IMG/VR virus record: IMGVR_UViG_3300012936_000001
Location: 103,119-167,118 of that record
Direction: 5' to 3' (one strand)
From: a virus
Length of the DNA: 64,000 nucleotides
The position numbers and the translations under genes were made by a program. Position 1 is the first letter of the stretch. The number at the start of each line of letters is the position of its first letter. A model generated the notes under the pieces. The model had not been told where the DNA came from. It saw only the letters and a list, made by a program, of their open reading frames with translations, and did no database searches. Of the stretch, positions 55,965-62,959 are shown piece after piece.

Positions 55965-56007
55965 AACTTTCTTCTCAACAATAAAAACCACATGCATAAT
56001 TATAACC

Positions 56008-56214
56008 ATGAGAAGGAAAAATGTATACGCAGATGTAAGAACAGGGGATCTTGTTCGCACGGGTTCCGGGGAAATAGGAATAGTTGTGGACATAGTGTCT
56101 TCAGAGTATGAAAAAGGAAGATTGAACCGGGTGTTCATAGACCCAAATATATATCATGTTCTTGTTGAAAACGAATGTATCACTCTTATAAGGGAGGGGT
56201 TTAGGGTAATATAA
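56008..56214 (+). CDS. Small KOW-like protein
   Basis: GDLV...GIVV pattern. Confidence 0.5.
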   Translation: MRRKNVYADVRTGDLVRTGSGEIGIVVDIVSSEYEKGRLNRVFIDPNIYHVLVENECITLIREGFRVI

Positions 56215-56232
56215 CTTTTGGGGGGAACATTA

Positions 56233-56457
56233 ATGTTATATAAACCAGAATCGGGGGATCTGGTTGCAGTGCCATGTTATATGGCAGTAGTATCTGGGGC
56301 TTCGGCAGATTCTTCCTACGGGATTGTTGTAGGAAGAACGAAAAGAAAAAATTTTTGGAACATATTGGTAGATGGTCAATTAACGCCTCTCCACGTCAAT
56401 GCGGTGGTGCCAATGATTAGCCTGGAGGGGATATGGTTGCAGATCAACCCCAGATAG
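56233..56457 (+). CDS. Small KOW-like protein
   Basis: GDLV...YGIVV. Confidence 0.5.
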   Translation: MLYKPESGDLVAVPCYMAVVSGASADSSYGIVVGRTKRKNFWNILVDGQLTPLHVNAVVPMISLEGIWLQINPR

Positions 56458-56654
56458 GACAATTGGTATATTACACTACGGTACCGATCGCAATCCTTAT
56501 GAAGGTCGGAGATTCCGAAAATTTATGGAAAGTTGGCATAGTTGTCGAAAACATTAATAGTTATCAGTGTATAATTATGGGTGACGGAGGCAAGAAAGAA
56601 CAGTGCTGGATTACGATGATAAGAAAAATATGGCCTGGGGACCAGAGCCTTTGA
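56433..56654 (+). CDS. Small KOW-like protein
   Basis: IGQLV...VGIVV. Confidence 0.5.
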   Translation: MVADQPQIGQLVYYTTVPIAILMKVGDSENLWKVGIVVENINSYQCIIMGDGGKKEQCWITMIRKIWPGDQSL

Positions 56655-56854
56655 AAATAGGCAGCCTCGTTCTGGTTAACGATATATTTAAAGATGTGAG
56701 AAAATGCGGTAACATCGGCATAATTATAGGATGTAGATACGGATTCGGATTCGGCTTGACAGATTGGATTGTCTTGCTCAACGGAAAAGTATCTGAATAC
56801 AATGCCGGTGTGCTATGGCCAATAGAGGAAGTTTTATATGAAAAAAAAATATAG
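56603..56854 (+). CDS. Small KOW-like protein
   Basis: IGSLV...IGIII; start uncertain. Confidence 0.45.
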   Translation: MLDYDDKKNMAWGPEPLKIGSLVLVNDIFKDVRKCGNIGIIIGCRYGFGFGLTDWIVLLNGKVSEYNAGVLWPIEEVLYEKKI

Positions 56855-58994
56855 TTTGAAGAGAATATTGGGAGAAGCCCCTGAGACATTTTTTGGTTTG
56901 GATTTTCTTAAGCCGGAGATTGACACAGAACCGGTTGTGATAGATCCGGCTCAAAAAAGAGGCGGCCTATCATTGGGACAAATGTTTATTGTTTCCGGAA
57001 ATTTTGTTGGCATATCTAGAAAAAATGTTCTGAAGGGTTTCAAGAGACAGAAAGGCGATAGCCACTACACAGAGCTGACGAAAACTGAAAAAAAATCAAA
57101 AGGAATGACAGATGCGCAAATCACAGACGCATACGTGTCTCTCGATATAAATCCCCCTTCTGGAAAAGAGTTAAATGTTTTTGTGATCAGCGGACAAAGT
57201 AATTTCCTTAGAACTTTGCGACTAAGGGGATCGAAAGGCGGAACTCGGGGCGTGGGTTCTCTATCAAAGGCAGCGACATATCCAAAATTTGTTTATGGTT
57301 CTATCGTGAAGATCAATCCCCCAGACGGTAAAATCCCTACTGACTCAGCTCAGATAGAGAATATAAAGAATGCTTCAAAGAACAGAAACAGAGACGTGTT
57401 ATTCACCGGATGTGTTCCATTGGAAAGCCTTTATCTTGCATTAGACAAATCTGAAGGCGATACAGGTGTACTTTCGGTGGCTGAAAGGCAAAGTGCACTA
57501 GATGCATACAACGCACTGCAAAATACCCAAAAGACTACTATAGACACCTATCTCGAGCCCGGAGGCTTTAGGACATGGAAAGATGCAATAGAAGAAATTT
57601 ATCCTGCAGATAAAAAAGTATCAATAACAAAAGGCAAATTCAGTGGCGACCTATCAAGCACTGACAGTGCAAAGATTAAGAAACTTTTTAACGATAAAAT
57701 TGCCTCAGCTGCGGGAAGAGGCGAATTACTTCTAGCAAATATATTTCCAAATCTTGTTGAAATAGGCGGATCTGCTCAGGAGGCAGGAGTTGATCTTGTT
57801 GAAGTGGTTACCAACAAAAACTTCGAAGTAAAAGAACCAAAATTCAGAGTTGGTGTAAAATCTGTTGAACCTGCATTAGCATTCAGTGAGTTTATACAGC
57901 CTGTTCTTGAAGATATAAAATTAGTTCTGGCAAGGGAGGGTCAAATGATCGCAGAAGAGATCGCCCTGAAGACAACAGATGACATCAGGGCAATGTCAAT
58001 CGAAGATTTTGCAAATCTAATGGGCTTTGACTATAACTCACTCGACAGTAGTTCTAAGAGTAAATTTAATGCTGATTTCAAGTTAATAGAACAGATTTCG
58101 GTTGATGATTTATTAGGAGAAATACCCAAACAGACAGCTGCGAATATAGAATTGATTGGTGAACTGCAAGGTAAATTTAGGAGTTTGGAAGTAGCGCACT
58201 CAAACCTAGAGAAAGTAGCCAGAAATGTAGCGCAACCATATTTTCTGCAAGCCGCGCAATTAGTGAAAGCAAATTTATCCGACGGATCTTTGATAGCAGA
58301 GATGATTGGAGAGTCAGGGGACGTGCAAGAAGTCTTTCGGAAAAAAATATACGCTGAATATTTGGCAGCGATAGCACCAACCACAGTGTTTTCTGGTGGA
58401 AATATTATAGTGGTAACTGAGGAAGGCTACAGGATTTTTACACCAGAAAGCATGACAAGATTTGTTTTATCTGTTTTTATAAACGATGCCAAGCTCCTTG
58501 CACGAATTACTTCTGGTGGAGTTGGCATGGACATCAAATCAAAATTAGAGGAGGAGCCTGTCGCAGACTTGCAAACCTTTTTCGACGCCTATTCTGAAAC
58601 TTTGGGTGAGGATATGGCCGAAAAGTTAAAATTAACAACGGAGTCCAAATATTCGCTCATGAACATCCTTCGAGAAGACTGTGAATCAATGATCCTCGGA
58701 GATCCGATCGGTACACCGTATAGGGAAGAGATAAAATCAAAATCGAGAGAAGGAATCAAGTCAAAAGCGAAACTGTTCCGGATAGCCCAGAAGTCACAGT
58801 CCATGCACGACAGATTACTTGATGATGATAATCTTCCGGAATGGGTTCAGGACATGATAACGACATCCGAAGACAGACTTCGTGCGGCCTATGATTATAT
58901 CGAATATAAATTGCATAGGATGAAGACTGACGGTGTAAAGCTCACCGAGGCAAGAAAGAGAAAATTAATCAGTGACATGCTAAAAGTTATATAA
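56838..58994 (+). CDS. Multi-domain tagged protein with a PD-(D/E)xK nuclease-like core
   Basis: GRGELLL..GVDL..FEVK; tags KKKYSLKRILGE, ESKYSLMNILRE and LTEARKRKLI. Confidence 0.7.
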   Translation: MKKKYSLKRILGEAPETFFGLDFLKPEIDTEPVVIDPAQKRGGLSLGQMFIVSGNFVGISRKNVLKGFKRQKGDSHYTELTKTEKKSKGMTDAQITDAYVSLDINPPSGKELNVFVISGQSNFLRTLRLRGSKGGTRGVGSLSKAATYPKFVYGSIVKINPPDGKIPTDSAQIENIKNASKNRNRDVLFTGCVPLESLYLALDKSEGDTGVLSVAERQSALDAYNALQNTQKTTIDTYLEPGGFRTWKDAIEEIYPADKKVSITKGKFSGDLSSTDSAKIKKLFNDKIASAAGRGELLLANIFPNLVEIGGSAQEAGVDLVEVVTNKNFEVKEPKFRVGVKSVEPALAFSEFIQPVLEDIKLVLAREGQMIAEEIALKTTDDIRAMSIEDFANLMGFDYNSLDSSSKSKFNADFKLIEQISVDDLLGEIPKQTAANIELIGELQGKFRSLEVAHSNLEKVARNVAQPYFLQAAQLVKANLSDGSLIAEMIGESGDVQEVFRKKIYAEYLAAIAPTTVFSGGNIIVVTEEGYRIFTPESMTRFVLSVFINDAKLLARITSGGVGMDIKSKLEEEPVADLQTFFDAYSETLGEDMAEKLKLTTESKYSLMNILREDCESMILGDPIGTPYREEIKSKSREGIKSKAKLFRIAQKSQSMHDRLLDDDNLPEWVQDMITTSEDRLRAAYDYIEYKLHRMKTDGVKLTEARKRKLISDMLKVI

Positions 58995-59058
58995 AAAGAT
59001 AATATATATTAATAGGATAAGATAGATAGTCTGTGCCTATATCTAATCGGAGAACAAA

Positions 59059-59793
59059 ATGAGACTAACAAAAAGACAACTGAAAAGAATAATCAGAGAA
59101 GAGTATTCAAGGCTCAGAAGTCGTGGCTTGATCAAAGAAATGTATGAAGAATATTATCCCGAAGACGAATTCGATGCTTATGAACACGTAGAAAATACTA
59201 TGGGTGACGGGTCTCCCGATGCTCCAGGCATGTATGATGGTCTTACCGAAGATCAAATTGATCAGGTCCTTGATGTTCTTGACGAGATGAGAGAAGAAGA
59301 GGAAAGACGTCACGGGTACAGGGATGAGATGATGGACTATGACCCATCCCCTATGACGAACTATGATTCTTTCGGCTTTGCAACCTCAAGACCAGGTGGT
59401 CACATGGGCGAAAGCCGAAGAAGGAGAAGAACTCTGCGAGAAAGCATCGGGTCTACAGTTCTTGTAGAGATAGAAGAACTTCTTCTCGATGAACTCGGAG
59501 ATGACATTGATGCAAAGATATCAATGGCCAAGGCAGTTGCGCTTATAAAATCAAATATGCCGTATGTAATGAAAGGACAATCGGCAAAGGACATTGAGGA
59601 TTTTATATATAGTCACAACGATTTTTACCATGACATCGTAATAGACCCAATTTCTCGATCGGTTATGTTAAAACAAATATTTGATGACGACGATGAAACA
59701 ATTAGTTCACCCTATCATTACTCAGATTCACCTATACACCGCGGAAGCGTCGGAGTCAAAGCTGGCCGCAATCCTTTCCCGGGAGAATACTAA
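59059..59793 (+). CDS. Leader-tagged array gene 1
   Basis: MRLTKRQLKRIIREEYSRLRSRGLIKE. Confidence 0.88.
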   Translation: MRLTKRQLKRIIREEYSRLRSRGLIKEMYEEYYPEDEFDAYEHVENTMGDGSPDAPGMYDGLTEDQIDQVLDVLDEMREEEERRHGYRDEMMDYDPSPMTNYDSFGFATSRPGGHMGESRRRRRTLRESIGSTVLVEIEELLLDELGDDIDAKISMAKAVALIKSNMPYVMKGQSAKDIEDFIYSHNDFYHDIVIDPISRSVMLKQIFDDDDETISSPYHYSDSPIHRGSVGVKAGRNPFPGEY

Positions 59794-59794
59794 G

Positions 59795-60208
59795 ATGAGA
59801 ATCACAAAAAGACAACTCAAAAGAATCATCCGGGAAGAATACCAAAACTTAAGAGAGAAAGGCCTTATCAGTGAGATGAGCCGAAGGCCTCGTCCTTCCA
59901 ATGTTGACCGTCAGGCAATGTATAGTGGATACGGTGGGCCACCCGCTGTCTTCAATGCTCTTTCTATGGCCATAGCAAAAGTCATGAACATGAAAGGAGG
60001 AATGTGGATTCAAAAGAAAAGAAATCCTCTCCGAAGTCTCAAGAATGCTGTAAATACTATTATGATTAAGGATCCTGTTGTCTCCGACGAGTATTTTGAA
60101 ATTAGAGATAACCCCGCCTATGACTTTGGTCTACAAGAAATCATCGATCAATTGGTCATGGATGAAAGGGAAATAAAAAGAATCATATTGGACGTCGTAT
60201 TATCCTAG
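59795..60208 (+). CDS. Leader-tagged array gene 2
   Basis: MRITKRQLKRIIREEYQNLREKGLISE; true start is 59795 after GGAGAA. Confidence 0.88.
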   Translation: MRITKRQLKRIIREEYQNLREKGLISEMSRRPRPSNVDRQAMYSGYGGPPAVFNALSMAIAKVMNMKGGMWIQKKRNPLRSLKNAVNTIMIKDPVVSDEYFEIRDNPAYDFGLQEIIDQLVMDEREIKRIILDVVLS

Positions 60209-60218
60209 GAGCAAATAC

Positions 60219-60623
60219 ATGAAAATCACAAAAAGACAATTAAAAAGAATTATCAGAGAAGAATACTCTAGACTTAAACGAAGAGGCTTGATCAAAGAAA
60301 GTTTCGGGATGATGGATTCATATGGAAACCCAGACGAATACATCACAAACATGGAGATGGGCATAGGTTATTCCGATGCCGAAGAGATGCAAATAGACGA
60401 CTTGGACAAGATATTTGATGCCGTTGCAGACATTCAACGAAAAAATTTCAACTATGAAGATCTTGCGATGGCACCAGATGAAGTCATTCAACGTCTAATC
60501 ATGGAGTCAGAGCCTATTTTCGAATTGGCAATGGAAGCAACATACGGAGAGGGTTATGATCAATCTCCACTTTCCGATAGATGGCGGGGTTTTCTTATAG
60601 CTCTACTTTCTATGGGCCGATAA
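60219..60623 (+). CDS. Leader-tagged array gene 3
   Basis: MKITKRQLKRIIREEYSRLKRRGLIKE. Confidence 0.88.
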   Translation: MKITKRQLKRIIREEYSRLKRRGLIKESFGMMDSYGNPDEYITNMEMGIGYSDAEEMQIDDLDKIFDAVADIQRKNFNYEDLAMAPDEVIQRLIMESEPIFELAMEATYGEGYDQSPLSDRWRGFLIALLSMGR

Positions 60624-60643
60624 CAATTTATTTTGAGAAAAAA

Positions 60644-61132
60644 ATGAGAATAACAAAAAGACAATTAAAAAGAATTATTAGAGAAGAGTATTCTAGACTC
60701 AAACGAAGAGGGCTTATTCGCGAGATGAGAGGCGGAGGGCACTATGATTCAATAATGAGTGCTAACCCAGAATTTGAACTGGACCCTGGAGAGTTGCAAT
60801 CAAAAATGGCTCAGGCCCCCATGAAAGCTCGTAAATTAGCATCTGATCCAAGGATCCAAGCTGCGGAAGGAATGTTGGCACAACACGAACTCGGAGGACG
60901 GTTGATGCCTTTGCTCGACCAACTTTTGGAATCAGGCATTGTAACAGGTGATGACCAAATGACAGAAGCATTGTGTGAGATTCTTGGAGAGGCCGGCCTC
61001 AGTACGACTGTATATAATTATAGTTATGATGACCCATACGGCCCTTTTATTTCTGGACATAATATAGTTTGGATAAAACTTTCTGGAAACCAGGCTCTTG
61101 TCATGATCGACGATTATCGCGGACCTAGATAA
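60644..61132 (+). CDS. Leader-tagged array gene 4
   Basis: MRITKRQLKRIIREEYSRLKRRGLIRE. Confidence 0.88.
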   Translation: MRITKRQLKRIIREEYSRLKRRGLIREMRGGGHYDSIMSANPEFELDPGELQSKMAQAPMKARKLASDPRIQAAEGMLAQHELGGRLMPLLDQLLESGIVTGDDQMTEALCEILGEAGLSTTVYNYSYDDPYGPFISGHNIVWIKLSGNQALVMIDDYRGPR

Positions 61133-61155
61133 CAACAACTTAATTGGAGAAAAAA

Positions 61156-61800
61156 ATGAGAATATCAAAAAGACAACTTAAAAGAATAATCAGAGAAGAG
61201 TATTCGAAATTGAAGAGAAGAGGCCTTCTCCGTGAGATGGCCGGTGGACGACTGCGAGTAGGGACGAAGATTGGAAAAAACCATATTGGCCCGTCTGCAG
61301 CTGAATTTCCTGGGCTTCATACAATCGGCGAGCTCATGCACGGAAACTCTGTTGATGGAACCGGTTTTTATATCGCGCAGGATGATGAGGGAAATTATTA
61401 TCTGCCAGATCAGTATGGAGATGAGCCCTTTGGAGATGAGATCGAAGACATCCTATATTCAATGGTTCCTTCGAGAAAGAAAAAGAAAAAGCTGAAGAAA
61501 AAAGGCAAGAAAGCTATGAGAGGCCGTTCCTCGATGAGAGCGCCAATGGACCTCGGAAGGCACTATGTTGCTCCTGCAGATCCTGATGATGCGCAAGAGG
61601 CTATGGAACTTGCCATGGAATTTGGAATACCAAGTCCTCAAGTCGTTGGTCAAGTTGGTGGATACGGCAGCACGTATGTTATCCTAACTGATGGAATGGG
61701 TAAATATTATCTTCCTTTGACGGCAACAGAAGACGACGATCTTAGCGTTCAAGAACTTATTGAAATGCTCGACGATGCCAAATCCGAGGGCGATCTTTAA
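61156..61800 (+). CDS. Leader-tagged array gene 5
   Basis: MRISKRQLKRIIREEYSKLKRRGLLRE. Confidence 0.88.
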   Translation: MRISKRQLKRIIREEYSKLKRRGLLREMAGGRLRVGTKIGKNHIGPSAAEFPGLHTIGELMHGNSVDGTGFYIAQDDEGNYYLPDQYGDEPFGDEIEDILYSMVPSRKKKKKLKKKGKKAMRGRSSMRAPMDLGRHYVAPADPDDAQEAMELAMEFGIPSPQVVGQVGGYGSTYVILTDGMGKYYLPLTATEDDDLSVQELIEMLDDAKSEGDL

Positions 61801-61833
61801 CAACGTTCACAGACAACAAATCCTAAAATAAAA

Positions 61834-61885
61834 TCGTACATTTGATTCCCTCCTGGTACAATATACTTGTAACCAACAGGAGGGA
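61834..61885 (+). promoter_or_regulatory. Early-type promoter TCGTAC-N17-TACAAT inside an SD-sequestering hairpin
   Basis: tccctcctg/caggaggga arms; inner GGTACAA-N5-TTGTAAC. Confidence 0.7.
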
Positions 61886-61893
61886 TTTTCATT

Positions 61894-62958
61894 ATGATAG
61901 TAAGTCCAATTAACAATCACGCGAATCGCGTCTATTCTCACCGGACAGGCTGGGCGAGAATGTGGGCAAACTGCCTGGGAACAACACTAGGCTTCAACGC
62001 AGACTGGTCCAATGAACCCAAGGTATATCTTGAACATGGCATGGAGTGGAAAGTAGGTGCTAAGTCTATTAAATATTTCTTGGCTTCTGAGAAACAACTC
62101 AAAGAACTTGCCGAGGAAAACAAAAAGAGAGTTGCAGACGGCAAACCAAAAAAAGAATCTTCGTGGGAAAAGCTTGCGAAAAAAGCAAAGATGTTCGAGA
62201 ACTTTGAAGGACAACTATTCTCTCTCGACATCGACTGTCCTATGTACGGAACATTACTCAAGACAAGAATCAAACCATGGGTTCCTCAGGTCTTTAAGAA
62301 TCTCGACTTTGATAAGATTGATCAGGTCTGCAAAAGAGCGACAACGATAAAACAAGAAGACCTGAAAAGGGGATTTGTCGTTCTTGGAGATTCTCATTCC
62401 TTATCTGCTTGGCATGAAGACGCAGCTCTTTGTCGCAACGATGGCCAGACACTGAATGGAGCTATCAGCCGTGGGTTCAGTACATGGCTTCAGCCTTTCG
62501 TGGACGCTGGTTCAAAGATGAGCAAGCTTCGCCTCTACTTCGGCAACATTGATATACGTCATCACATCTGTCGATTGGCTACGACGAAAGAAGAACAGCT
62601 GACGATGACAAAAGATCTCGTACGACGATACTTTGCAGAGATTCAGAAGACGATAAAACAATATGATATTACTCACGTCGAAATAGTTGGAGCCTTGCCT
62701 ATCGAGAATGAATCTCGTCGACTTCCAAAGACTGGATACCATAAGGGAAAACCTTTTTGGGGAACATGGCAAGAAAGAAATGACGTTGCAGAAGCTTTCA
62801 ATGCTTTATGCAAAGGAATGTGCGAACGACTTTCAGGATACACTTATATTGGCTGGAAAGATTCATACAAGAACGAAAAAGGTGAACTTGACTTTGAGTA
62901 CATGGAAAGACCACAGTCGGTTCACATCTCACCCGAGCATTACATGTGGAGTATATAA
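61894..62958 (+). CDS. SGNH-like (GDSH) phage protein, probably linked to DNA modification
   Basis: LGDSHS, FGNIDIRHH, PIENESRRLPKTGYHKGKPFWG, SVHISP. Confidence 0.55.
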   Translation: MIVSPINNHANRVYSHRTGWARMWANCLGTTLGFNADWSNEPKVYLEHGMEWKVGAKSIKYFLASEKQLKELAEENKKRVADGKPKKESSWEKLAKKAKMFENFEGQLFSLDIDCPMYGTLLKTRIKPWVPQVFKNLDFDKIDQVCKRATTIKQEDLKRGFVVLGDSHSLSAWHEDAALCRNDGQTLNGAISRGFSTWLQPFVDAGSKMSKLRLYFGNIDIRHHICRLATTKEEQLTMTKDLVRRYFAEIQKTIKQYDITHVEIVGALPIENESRRLPKTGYHKGKPFWGTWQERNDVAEAFNALCKGMCERLSGYTYIGWKDSYKNEKGELDFEYMERPQSVHISPEHYMWSI

Positions 62959-62959
62959 C

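Noticed and set aside
55965-56138. Long N-terminal extensions given by the track (also at 2166, 6438, 17752, 40675, 43360, 59681, 60581)
   Set aside because: They overlap neighbouring genes; downstream starts have SD sequences or coupling and match domain or leader boundaries.
59059-61800. Leader repeats as a CRISPR array or DNA-level repeat element
   Set aside because: The units are in-frame coding with synonymous variation, and the intervening sequences are 300-650 bp ORF bodies; no cas genes are present.
59059-61800. RiPP precursor family (leader plus core)
   Set aside because: The payloads are 100-220 aa protein-sized domains, no RiPP maturases or transporter are nearby, and related tags occur on enzymes.
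59059-61800. Diversity-generating retroelement
   Set aside because: No reverse transcriptase and no TR/VR pair with adenine-specific differences was seen.
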